DNA of 64,000 nt from Christiangramia sp. GTDB lineage: Bacteria > Bacteroidota > Bacteroidia > Flavobacteriales > Flavobacteriaceae. The stretch spans positions 54,616 to 118,615 of the forward strand of contig NZ_JAPYPC010000005.1 of assembly GCF_029937855.1 (NCBI RefSeq). The letters run 5' to 3'. The position numbers and the translations under genes were made by a program. This document shows, one piece after another, positions 28,281 to 37,318 of this stretch. Under the pieces are notes generated by a model. The model had not been told where the DNA came from, did not search any database, and saw only the letters and a list, made by a program, of their open reading frames with translations. Position 1 is the first letter of the stretch; each line of letters opens with the position of its first letter.

Positions 28281-29507
28281 ATGAAAAGATTACTGCTTTT
28301 TCCGTTTCTCTTAGTTTTCTTTAGTTTCATTTCCTGTGACGAAGAGAAGGATTCTAATCTTTCCAGTGTCGCAGTTCCGGTAACACAATCCATCGCAGAT
28401 TTTAGAGCTTCGGTAAAAGTTCAGGAGCCAAAGTCAATTAAAGAATCAGGTAAAATATATGCCTGGAAAGATTTTATTTTCATCAATGATAAAAACGAAG
28501 GTGTTCATATTATAGACAACACCGATCCTTTTAATCCTCAAAATATCAGGTTTCTGAAAATTCCAAGAAATATGGACATCGCCATAAAGAACGATAAACT
28601 ATATACCGATAATGGAATGGACCTCGTGGTTTTTGATATTAGCAACATCGATAAAATTGCTGAAATTGGAAGGGTTCAGGATATATTTCCCAATTATTAT
28701 ACTACCGCACCTGCCGGTGTTAATTATGTAGACTTTGACAATTTTGATCCATCACAGGAAGTGATTGTAGGATATGTGATCGAAACACGAAAAATAGAAT
28801 ATGCCGAAACACGCGGAGAGCCTTTTTTTGAATCGGCTGCCGATGGCGGGGGAAATTCAGGTACCGGTGGAAGCATGGCCAGATTTAGTTTAAATGGCGA
28901 TTATCTTTATGTCGCCGATGAGACTTCACTATCAGCATTTGATATTTCAATTCCCGAAAACCCAAACCGTATAAGCAATGAATACGTGGGCTGGGAGGTA
29001 GAAACTATTTTTAATTATGAAGATCACCTATACCTGGGCAGCAGCACCGGAATGTATATTTATGATATTGAAAACCCAGGAAGTCCACAAAAAGTTTCTT
29101 TTTTAGAACATGTTCGTGGATGCGATCCTGTAGTGGTCAAAGATAATTATGCCTATGTCACTATACGTGGCGGCAATGCCTGCGGCCAAAATATAAATCA
29201 ACTTGATGTTGTAGATGTTTCAGACAAAGCTAATCCTATGGTTGTAAATTCCTATGAAATGACCAATCCTTATGGTCTGGGAGTTAAAGACAACTGGCTT
29301 TTTGTATGTGATGGAAATGCTGGCCTAAAAATATTTGACATAGAAGACACCCCTAACCTTAAGTTTATCGATCAATTCAATAACATTAACACCTATGATG
29401 TCATCCCTCTTGAAGATAGGTTACTTATGGTTGGGGATAATATACTGCACCAGTATTCTTATAAGGGTAATGAGATTAATTTGATTAGCTCTTTTGCTTT
29501 AAATTAA
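28281..29507 (+). CDS. LVIVD-repeat beta-propeller lipoprotein
   Basis: Lipobox FISC; GTGGSMARF; repeated YLY/LDVVDVSD-type units; GCDPVVV. Confidence 0.85.
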   Translation: MKRLLLFPFLLVFFSFISCDEEKDSNLSSVAVPVTQSIADFRASVKVQEPKSIKESGKIYAWKDFIFINDKNEGVHIIDNTDPFNPQNIRFLKIPRNMDIAIKNDKLYTDNGMDLVVFDISNIDKIAEIGRVQDIFPNYYTTAPAGVNYVDFDNFDPSQEVIVGYVIETRKIEYAETRGEPFFESAADGGGNSGTGGSMARFSLNGDYLYVADETSLSAFDISIPENPNRISNEYVGWEVETIFNYEDHLYLGSSTGMYIYDIENPGSPQKVSFLEHVRGCDPVVVKDNYAYVTIRGGNACGQNINQLDVVDVSDKANPMVVNSYEMTNPYGLGVKDNWLFVCDGNAGLKIFDIEDTPNLKFIDQFNNINTYDVIPLEDRLLMVGDNILHQYSYKGNEINLISSFALN

Positions 29508-29532
29508 TTCCCTTTTTTTTGTTTGGTTTTTT

Positions 29533-29562
29533 AAAAATCCCCGTGTAGGGCGGGGGTTTTTT
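29533..29562. terminator. Probable bidirectional terminator between the LVIVD gene and the DUF2805 gene
   Basis: ATCCCCG / CGGGGGT stem flanked by A and T tracts, between convergent genes. Confidence 0.7.
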
Positions 29563-29564
29563 AT

Positions 29565-29861
29565 TTAGTACTTTTTCTTAGAAATCCTGTTTCCGCTAAT
29601 TTGTCTTTGAGCATCACTTTTAAATCGCTTTACGTGTTCATCTCTTAGCTTTTCATGTTTGGTTTTTCTACCCTGAACACGAGCACGCCATTTTCTCCAG
29701 TTACGCGGATGCATCTGCTCTTTCATAAACCTGATGACCTGCTTCTCAGTTAAACCAAACTGATATTCTATAGCTTCAAAAGTGGTTCTATCTTCCCAGG
29801 CCATGGAGATAATTCGATCTATCTGGCGCTCATCAAACTGGAAATCTTTAGCAATACTCAT
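29565..29861 (-). CDS. TIGR03643/DUF2805 family protein
   Basis: IDRIISMAWEDRTTFEAI and WRARVQGRKTKH motifs. Start reassigned to MSIAKD (29861) because a TAACTTTG -7 element lies at 29882-29889. Confidence 0.85.
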   Translation of the reverse strand: MSIAKDFQFDERQIDRIISMAWEDRTTFEAIEYQFGLTEKQVIRFMKEQMHPRNWRKWRARVQGRKTKHEKLRDEHVKRFKSDAQRQISGNRISKKKY

Positions 29862-29909
29862 TTTGTTTAATTTTATCTGCACAAAGTTAAACATTCCGTA
29901 TAAAGCCAG

Positions 29910-29945
29910 AAAAAAAACCCTTTCCGACTTGGAAAGGGCTTTTTT
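29910..29945 (-). terminator. Intrinsic terminator after rplU-rpmA
   Basis: CCCTTTCC-GACTT-GGAAAGGG perfect stem with A8 and T tracts. Confidence 0.85.
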
Positions 29946-29962
29946 AAAATATATTTGTTCAA

Positions 29963-30223
29963 TTAAGCTTCGAAAGGCTCAATAGAAACATAAGATTTAT
30001 CATCTTTCTTTTTTGTAAACTTTACAAGACCATCAACCTTGGCATGTAATGTATGATCTTTTCCTGCATAAACATTGTCACCTGGACGATGTGCAGTACC
30101 TCTTTGTCTTACGATAATATTCCCCGCAACAGCAGCCTGTCCTCCAAATATCTTCACACCTAAGCGTTTAGATTCTGACTCTCTACCGTTCTTGGAACTA
30201 CCAACTCCTTTTTTATGTGCCAT
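29963..30223 (-). CDS. rpmA: 50S ribosomal protein L27
   Basis: [24 protein letters not shown]. Confidence 0.99.
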   Translation of the reverse strand: MAHKKGVGSSKNGRESESKRLGVKIFGGQAAVAGNIIVRQRGTAHRPGDNVYAGKDHTLHAKVDGLVKFTKKKDDKSYVSIEPFEA

Positions 30224-30248
30224 TTTATTTCGTTTTTAGTAGTTAAAC

Positions 30249-30770
30249 TTAGCTTAATGCAGCAATTAGTTCTGCTTTTTTCATTGAAGAATATCCTTCA
30301 ACTCCTTTTTCTTTAGCCATCTCTCTAAGTTCTACAACTGTGTTCTGGCTAAGGTCTTCTGATTTTTTATCAGTTTTGGTTTCGTTTTTCGGGGCTTCTT
30401 TTTTTACTTCTTCTTTTTTAGGCTCAGCCTTTTTAGTTGAAGTAGCTTTTTTACCACCTTTAAGATCTATTCCTTCAATAAGAATCTCGGTTAAAGCCTG
30501 ACGGTGACCGTTCTTAACTCGGTAGCCCTTACGTCTCTTCTTCTTGAAAACAATAACTTTATCACCTTTAAGATGACGATTGATTTTAGCTCCTACAAGA
30601 GCTCCATCTATAGCCGGGGCGCCAAGGGTTATATCATCACCATCTGCAGTAAGTAATACTTTATCGAAAGAAACACTGTCTCCTTCTTCTCCTGCTAAAC
30701 GATTAACGTAAACCTTCTGGTCTTTTGCAACTTTAAATTGCTGCCCTGCTATCTCTACAATTGCGTACAT
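30249..30770 (-). CDS. rplU: 50S ribosomal protein L21 with Lys/Glu linker and C-terminal Rho_N-like domain
   Basis: MYAIVEIAGQQFKV and FKKKRRKGY..KNGHRQ motifs; C-terminal TVVELREMAKEKGVEGYSSMKKAELIAAL. Confidence 0.97.
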   Translation of the reverse strand: MYAIVEIAGQQFKVAKDQKVYVNRLAGEEGDSVSFDKVLLTADGDDITLGAPAIDGALVGAKINRHLKGDKVIVFKKKRRKGYRVKNGHRQALTEILIEGIDLKGGKKATSTKKAEPKKEEVKKEAPKNETKTDKKSEDLSQNTVVELREMAKEKGVEGYSSMKKAELIAALS

Positions 30771-30831
30771 AGCGTATAATTAATTATTTAAATACTTAAA
30801 ATATTAACTCACGTTTTCACGCAAGCGGGTG

Positions 30832-30862
30832 CAAATATAATCCTAATTAATTAATTGACAAA
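30832..30862 (-). promoter_or_regulatory. Bacteroidota housekeeping promoter for rplU-rpmA
   Basis: Minus strand TTTG-N19-TATATTTG. Confidence 0.8.
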
Positions 30863-30887
30863 GGTTTTTTATCTTTTCAAGACCCGC

Positions 30888-31352
30888 CTAAAGTGTATGT
30901 TTTTTAGCCTCTTTGGTATTCCAGGAATCTTTAAATAGTTGCATATAAGCAAGAGCCAGGACAATACTGGTAGAAGCCCCCATTAAAGCTATAGTAAACA
31001 ACACTATTCCAATATTCGTATTATAAAAAGTAGCCCACATGTTTATAAGCTGATCCAAAAAATCCGGATTGAACTCAGTAGCATAAAGGCCAAAGAATAT
31101 AACGAAGATCACAGTGGCATTAATTCCCGTTAGGAAGATCAATGAAAATCCTTTCTGATATTTAAATTTATTCCCTTTATCCTTTCTATATGCTTTTAAA
31201 GCCAACCATAGACCCGCAGCCATAATAAATCCATTTAAAATACTGTATACGGGATTTACATGTAGCCCAAAGATTGATAATATTAAAAAATAAGCTGCCA
31301 GGCATGCTGCTATGATCACACCATATAAAATAGGAATTTTAAGATTTGTCAT
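30888..31352 (-). CDS. DUF4199 family membrane protein
   Basis: Four TM helices; FKYQKGF and YATEFNPDF motifs. Confidence 0.75.
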   Translation of the reverse strand: MTNLKIPILYGVIIAACLAAYFLILSIFGLHVNPVYSILNGFIMAAGLWLALKAYRKDKGNKFKYQKGFSLIFLTGINATVIFVIFFGLYATEFNPDFLDQLINMWATFYNTNIGIVLFTIALMGASTSIVLALAYMQLFKDSWNTKEAKKHTL

Positions 31353-31520
31353 GGATCGATAATTTTTTAGGTTTAAATTTCTAAAAAATGTAGCGTTTTT
31401 TGCCTTAATAGCATGTTAATTTTAACACATTGCGCATGGAACTAATTAAAGTCACAAATTATTGTAACTTTTTATCCTTAACTGTTACCAACTAAATACA
31501 ATTAAAAAAACTAATTGAAA

Positions 31521-32846
31521 ATGATTAACAAACTAAAACTTGTGGCCTGCTTTTTCTTTATAGGAATAGTAGGTTTCGCTCAGGAAGTTGAATTTACTGA
31601 GTATGATTTAGACAACGGGTTGCATGTTATCTTACATCAGGATAATTCAGCACCGGTGGTCACCACTTCGGTTATGTACCACGTAGGTGGAAAAGACAGA
31701 GAAGATGGCAGAACTGGAATGGCTCACTTCTTCGAACATCTTCTTTTTGAAGGAACCGAAAATATTCCTAACGGAAAATGGTTTGAAATCGTAAGTTCAC
31801 ATGGTGGAAGTAATAATGCTAACACAAGCCAGGATAGAACTTACTATTATGAGGTTTTCCCTTCAAACAACCTGGAATTAGGCCTGTGGATGGAATCTGA
31901 GAGGATGATGCATCCAATTATCGGGCAAAAAGGAGTAGACACTCAAAATGAAGTGGTAAAAGAAGAAAGAAGACTGCGTTACGACAACTCTCCTTATGGA
32001 AACCTTCTGCAAGCGATGCAGGAGAACATGTTTGAAAAGCATCCATACAAAAATCCTAATGTAGGTTACATGGAAGATCTTGATGCTGCAACTTTAGACG
32101 AATTCAAAGCCTATTTTGACAAGTACTATGTTCCAAACAACGCTGTCCTAGTAGTTGCCGGCGATATTGAAATAGATGAAACCAAGAAAATGATCAAAGA
32201 TTATTTCGGCCCTATTGAAAGAGGTGAAGAGATCACGAGAGATTTTCCAAAGGAAGATCCAATCACAGAGCAAATCAATGCCAAAGCATATGATTCTAAC
32301 ATCCAGATCCCTGCTTCAGTAATTGGATACAGAACTCCTGCTTTTACTGAAAAGGATTCTTATGTTCTAAATATGATCTCAGATTATCTTAGTGACGGGA
32401 ACAGCTCAAAACTTTATAAGAAACTGGTAGATGAGCAGAAGCAAGCCTTACAGATTGGTGCTTTTAATCTTGAACAGGAGGATTACGGTATGTACCTTAT
32501 CTTTTCTATTCCTTTAGGAGATACTTCTCTGGAAACACTGAATACCGAAATTGAAGAGGAAATTGCGAAGCTTAGAAATGAAATGATTTCAGAAAAGGAC
32601 TTTCAGAAACTTCAGAATAAAGCTGAAAACAATTTCGTAAACTCAAACTCAAGTGTTGCCGGGATTGCCAATTCACTAGCTAGAAATTATATGCTTTACG
32701 GAGATACAGATCTTATCAACGACCAGATTGAAATTTATCGCAATATCACTCGTGAAGATATACAGAGAGTGGCTAAAGAATATCTGAAGCCAAACCAGAG
32801 AGTAGTTCTAGAATATTTACCTGCTAGCGAACAGGCAGAAGAATAA
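31521..32846 (+). CDS. M16 (pitrilysin-family) zinc peptidase, catalytic subunit, exported
   Basis: Inverted zinc motif HFFEH plus downstream ESER; signal peptide; ATG at 31521. Confidence 0.93.
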   Translation: MINKLKLVACFFFIGIVGFAQEVEFTEYDLDNGLHVILHQDNSAPVVTTSVMYHVGGKDREDGRTGMAHFFEHLLFEGTENIPNGKWFEIVSSHGGSNNANTSQDRTYYYEVFPSNNLELGLWMESERMMHPIIGQKGVDTQNEVVKEERRLRYDNSPYGNLLQAMQENMFEKHPYKNPNVGYMEDLDAATLDEFKAYFDKYYVPNNAVLVVAGDIEIDETKKMIKDYFGPIERGEEITRDFPKEDPITEQINAKAYDSNIQIPASVIGYRTPAFTEKDSYVLNMISDYLSDGNSSKLYKKLVDEQKQALQIGAFNLEQEDYGMYLIFSIPLGDTSLETLNTEIEEEIAKLRNEMISEKDFQKLQNKAENNFVNSNSSVAGIANSLARNYMLYGDTDLINDQIEIYRNITREDIQRVAKEYLKPNQRVVLEYLPASEQAEE

Positions 32847-32865
32847 ATCAAAAAAATTGAATAAA

Positions 32866-34932
32866 ATGAGAAATAATATATTAACTCTGGCAGCATTTTT
32901 ACTATTGTCTGCAGGAGTTTCAGCTCAAATAGATCGTAGTACGATGCCCGAACCGGGACCTGCTCCGAAAGTAAATGTAGACGAACCTGAAACTTTTGAC
33001 CTTGATAACGGACTGCAGGTAATGATCGTTGAAAACAATAAATTACCAAGAGTAGCCATCTCTTTAAGATTTGACAATCCTCCACATACAGAAGGCGCAA
33101 AAGCTGGTGTTTCCGGATTAACCGGAGATCTTTTGGGAACAGGAACGACCACTATGTCTAAGGATGAATTCAACGAAAAAGTTGATTTCCTTGGAGCAAG
33201 ACTAAATTTCTACGCTAGTGGAGCAAACGCCAATACATTATCAAAATACTTTCCTGAAGTGTTGAAATTAATGGCAGATGGGATCGTAAATCCAAAGTTC
33301 ACTCAGGAAGAATTTGATAAGTCTAAAGCCAGAACGATTGATGGTTTAAAGAGCAGTGAAAAAGATGTTTCTTACAACGCGAGAAGAGTACGCTCTGCAT
33401 TAGCTTACGGAAAAGATCACCCTTATGGTGAATTCTCTACTGAAGAAACAGTAAATGCTATTACCCTTGCAGATGTAAAGTCTTATTACAGCAAATGGTT
33501 TTCACCTAAAAGTGCTTATCTGGTAATTGTTGGTGATGTAGATGAAGATGAAGTAAAAGATCTTGTGAAAAAGAACTTTTCAAACTGGAAAGGAAATGCT
33601 GTACCTGAAGCAAACTTACCCGCTGTATCTAATGTAGAAAAAACTGAAATTGACTTTGTAAACATGCCTAACGCTGTTCAAAGTGAGATCGCTTTAGTAA
33701 ACACTATAGACCTAAAGAAAAAGGATGATGATTACTTCCCTGTTCTTGTAGCAAACAAGATCTTAGGTGGTGGTGGAGAAGCAAGACTTTTTCTAAATCT
33801 TCGTGAAGATAAAGGTTACACTTACGGCGCCTATTCTTCAGCTGGAAACGATAAATACGCCTCTACATTCGTAGCAAGTGCAAGTGTAAGAAATGAAGTA
33901 ACCGATAGTTCTGTGGTAGCATTTCTTGATGAAGTTTATAAAATCAGAAATGAAAAAGTAACCGATAGCGAATTGGCTAATGCCAAAGCTAAGCTTACAG
34001 GAGATTTCGTACTTTCTCTAGAACAGCCTTCTACCATTGCTAATTTCGCCATGGAAATAGAAACTGAAGATCTTGACGATGATTTCTATGAAGAATATCT
34101 TGAAAAGATAGATGAAGTTACCAAAGAAGATGTGCAAAGGGTTGCCAAAAAGTATTTCATGGCAGATAATTCCAGGATCGTAATTGCTGGTAAAGGTTCA
34201 GATGTTTTGGAGAACCTTGAAAAGATGACCTATAACGGAAAAACCATTCCTATCAATTACTACAATAGATTCGGTGAAAAGACAGAAAAGCCGGAAGCTA
34301 AGAAAGTAGACGCTTCTGTAACTGCTGAAAAAGTTTTTGCTGATTATATTAAAGCTATCGGCGGAAAAGATGCGGTAAACGATGTAGAATCTGTAGTAAT
34401 GAAAGCTGATGCTGAAATTCAGGGTATGCAATTGCAACTTGAAATGAAAAGAACCACAAATGGTAAAATGAACCAGTCTATTTCTATGGGTGGAAATGTT
34501 ATGAACAAGCAGGTTTTTAACGGTGAAGCTGGATTTGTCATGGCTCAGGGACAAAAGATGCCTTACAATGAAGAGCAGATTGCGGCCGCTAAAGCAGACG
34601 CTAATCCTTTTCCTGAATTAACTGTTGGTGAGGCCAAAGTTACCGGGATGGAAAAAGTAGATGGTAAAGATACTTATGTGGTAGAAATGGATGGAAATAA
34701 TAAGAATTTCTATTCTGTAGATACCGGCCTAAAAGTACAGTCGGTAAAAACAGTAAGCCAGGCAGGTCAAACTATGACAATCCCAACTGGCTATAGTGAT
34801 TATCAGGAAGTAGAAGGAGTGAAATTCCCTTTTGTAATCTTTCAAAGCATGGGACCTCAGTCATATGAGTTTAAAGTTTCTGAAATCCTTATTAATGAAG
34901 GTGTTTCTGAAGAAGACTTTAAAGTGGAGTAA
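32866..34932 (+). CDS. M16 peptidase-like partner subunit (no HXXEH) with extra C-terminal domain, exported
   Basis: No HXXEH; keeps the RLFLNLREDKGYTYG (R/Y) motif; about 200-aa C-terminal extension; signal peptide. Confidence 0.88.
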   Translation: MRNNILTLAAFLLLSAGVSAQIDRSTMPEPGPAPKVNVDEPETFDLDNGLQVMIVENNKLPRVAISLRFDNPPHTEGAKAGVSGLTGDLLGTGTTTMSKDEFNEKVDFLGARLNFYASGANANTLSKYFPEVLKLMADGIVNPKFTQEEFDKSKARTIDGLKSSEKDVSYNARRVRSALAYGKDHPYGEFSTEETVNAITLADVKSYYSKWFSPKSAYLVIVGDVDEDEVKDLVKKNFSNWKGNAVPEANLPAVSNVEKTEIDFVNMPNAVQSEIALVNTIDLKKKDDDYFPVLVANKILGGGGEARLFLNLREDKGYTYGAYSSAGNDKYASTFVASASVRNEVTDSSVVAFLDEVYKIRNEKVTDSELANAKAKLTGDFVLSLEQPSTIANFAMEIETEDLDDDFYEEYLEKIDEVTKEDVQRVAKKYFMADNSRIVIAGKGSDVLENLEKMTYNGKTIPINYYNRFGEKTEKPEAKKVDASVTAEKVFADYIKAIGGKDAVNDVESVVMKADAEIQGMQLQLEMKRTTNGKMNQSISMGGNVMNKQVFNGEAGFVMAQGQKMPYNEEQIAAAKADANPFPELTVGEAKVTGMEKVDGKDTYVVEMDGNNKNFYSVDTGLKVQSVKTVSQAGQTMTIPTGYSDYQEVEGVKFPFVIFQSMGPQSYEFKVSEILINEGVSEEDFKVE

Positions 34933-34957
34933 ATCCCAAAATTGTTAGATAATGAAG

Positions 34958-34984
34958 AAGCCTCCGATTTCGGGGGCTTTTTTT
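34958..34984. terminator. Terminator between the M16 pair and the DMT gene
   Basis: AAGCCTCCG-ATTT-CGGGGGCTT followed by a T tract. Confidence 0.8.
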
Positions 34985-35882
34985 ATACCGCCTGCTTACG
35001 ATGCCTCGAAATTATATTTCTTGATTTATTCACTATAAATACACCTACTAAAATTACGAAGGCAGAAACAAGTTGCCAGAAACTAAAGATCTCTCCATCT
35101 AAAATACCCCAGGCTAATGCTACCACAGGAATAGTATAAGTTACAGAGGTGGTAAAAACCGGATCTGTTATTTGCACCAGTTTATTGAAAATGATCATGG
35201 CCACACCCGTACCTATAATCCCAAGCACTGCTACAAATAATATTGATAATTTAATCTCACCCGTATATCCTGGAACGTTAAAGAATCCGGTAAAGTATAA
35301 AAGAATGAGTGCTGGTATTAGCAAGACCGTAAAATTTCCCGCGGCTATCCCTAGAGGAGAGATATCACTCATTCTGGTTTTAAGTATATTTACATTCATG
35401 GCGTAACAACCTGCCGCAATAATTACCAGTAACGAATAAAGGTAATTCTGATCTGGATTGATTGAAGCTCCGCTAAAAATAAGCCCGGCGGTACCCAACA
35501 GACCTATAACCACACCTAAAATCTTATTCTGTGTAAATGCTGCTTTAAAGAATAAAACTCCAAAAATTAGGGTTAACAACGGTGTAGTGGCATTAAGAAT
35601 TGAAGCGATTGCACTGTCTATTTCTGTTTCAGCAAAAGCAAAAAGATATACGGGAAAGAAAGACCCCAGGAAACCTGAAATAACGATCCACTTCCATTGT
35701 CTTTTTGTTAATCGGCTGATACTTTTAAATCCTACCAAAATTAAAAAAAGGGCTGCAAAGATAATCCTAAAAGAACCTACCTGAAGGGCCGTAAGACCAA
35801 TTAATGCTTTCTTAATAAGAATAAAAGAACTTCCCCAAACAATAGAAAGTATAATGAGATAGATCCATTTAAGATTTTTCAA
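34983..35882 (-). CDS. DMT/EamA family transporter
   Basis: Ten TM helices in two repeats; WGSSFILIK motif. Confidence 0.9.
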   Translation of the reverse strand: MKNLKWIYLIILSIVWGSSFILIKKALIGLTALQVGSFRIIFAALFLILVGFKSISRLTKRQWKWIVISGFLGSFFPVYLFAFAETEIDSAIASILNATTPLLTLIFGVLFFKAAFTQNKILGVVIGLLGTAGLIFSGASINPDQNYLYSLLVIIAAGCYAMNVNILKTRMSDISPLGIAAGNFTVLLIPALILLYFTGFFNVPGYTGEIKLSILFVAVLGIIGTGVAMIIFNKLVQITDPVFTTSVTYTIPVVALAWGILDGEIFSFWQLVSAFVILVGVFIVNKSRNIISRHRKQAV

Positions 35883-35931
35883 AACCTAATTTTTAGACCG
35901 CGAAGATATATTTTAGGATCGGTTTCAGAAT

Positions 35932-35966
35932 AAAAAAATCCATTCCAATTTAATGGAATGGATTTT
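35932..35966 (-). terminator. Intrinsic terminator after susD
   Basis: 13-bp inverted repeat AAAATCCATTCCA / TGGAATGGATTTT with an A tract. Confidence 0.8.
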
Positions 35967-35988
35967 ATCTTTTAAACAAAAGTTTATT

Positions 35989-37308
35989 TTATTGATTTTC
36001 AGTTAAAGGAATGGGAAATTGATCAAACACATCATCACCGGGTCTATCGATTGGCAATTCATCTAAAATACCAAAACGTCTTGCATCAATCCAACGATGG
36101 CCTTCTCCGTATAATTCATACCTTCTTTGCATTAAAAGCTCATCAATCAAATCTGACTCGCTTGTATCTCCAGAATAATCGTCAAGTGAAGCGCTATTTC
36201 TAATAACATTCAAAGCGTTAACCGCTTCATCATCGCTACCTGCAAAAATATTAGCTTCAGCATACAACAAAACCAATTCTGCGTTTCTAATAATAGGAAT
36301 CGCATCGGTTCTGGTTTGATATAAAAAGAAATCGTAATTACCTGTTAAGCCGTCAAAGGTAATTGACTCGTCTCTTAAACTGGTTTTCTCCTCAATTCTT
36401 GTATCGCCTGCTTCTGCATCATCAATAAAATCTGGCTGGACAATTCGTGCTCCAGCAGAGGAAGCATTTTGAGGAAAGAATAAAGGATTTGGAATATCGG
36501 TTTGATCTTCAGAAAATACATAATAAATTCCTTCATCTAAATCACCGTTCAAATCCAGGAAAGAATCTTCCAAAAAGTTTAATACTGCCGAATAATCCCC
36601 CTGGTAGGCTGCTACCCTAGCCGAAATTGCGTTATTAACCTCTAAAAAAGCAGATGGTGTATTGAATGACTGAAAACCTGCGGTCATAGAAAAAGGAAAG
36701 GAATCCCCACCTGCTGCCAGATCTGCGGCTCCTTCTTCCAGTAAACTTCTTATCCCCTGAAGGGCTTCCGTTTTAGACACAAAAGCTCCTAAATTTGCAG
36801 GATCTTCAACATTTAGCCGAATTCCATTTTCATTGGTTAAATTAAGGTTCAGAAGCAATTCGTAAGCTTTCAAAGTTTTTAGGAAACCTCTGGTACTGCT
36901 AAGTTCACCATCACTGAAATCTGCGGTAGTATTATTTAAACCTTCAAGAATAATATTAATATTCTTTACAGATCTATACCGCGCCGCCCAGGGAGTGGTT
37001 ATATAAAAGGTGTTGTTATCCAGGATAGCATTATCCCTTCCTAATAAATCAGCTGTTAATCGAGGATCAGAACTTGAAAATCGATAGTATTCACGACCTA
37101 TCACTCCAACATCATCGTAATAGGTGCCGAGACCTACACGCATACTATAAAATACACCTCCAATAAGGTCCTGTAAATCTCCTCTGGATAGATCTGCTAC
37201 CAGGGAAGATACTTCCGGGCCGTTTAAATCGGAAAATTCTTCAACATCACAAGATGTGGCGAATGTTCCAAAGGCCAATAAGATTAAAAATCTATTTATA
37301 ATTTTCAT
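35989..37308 (-). CDS. RagB/SusD family outer-membrane lipoprotein
   Basis: Lipobox ATSC; RNAELVLLYAEA and RRYELYGEGHRWIDARR motifs; directly downstream of the SusC gene. Confidence 0.92.
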   Translation of the reverse strand: MKIINRFLILLAFGTFATSCDVEEFSDLNGPEVSSLVADLSRGDLQDLIGGVFYSMRVGLGTYYDDVGVIGREYYRFSSSDPRLTADLLGRDNAILDNNTFYITTPWAARYRSVKNINIILEGLNNTTADFSDGELSSTRGFLKTLKAYELLLNLNLTNENGIRLNVEDPANLGAFVSKTEALQGIRSLLEEGAADLAAGGDSFPFSMTAGFQSFNTPSAFLEVNNAISARVAAYQGDYSAVLNFLEDSFLDLNGDLDEGIYYVFSEDQTDIPNPLFFPQNASSAGARIVQPDFIDDAEAGDTRIEEKTSLRDESITFDGLTGNYDFFLYQTRTDAIPIIRNAELVLLYAEANIFAGSDDEAVNALNVIRNSASLDDYSGDTSESDLIDELLMQRRYELYGEGHRWIDARRFGILDELPIDRPGDDVFDQFPIPLTENQ

Positions 37309-37318
37309 ACTCTTTTTT

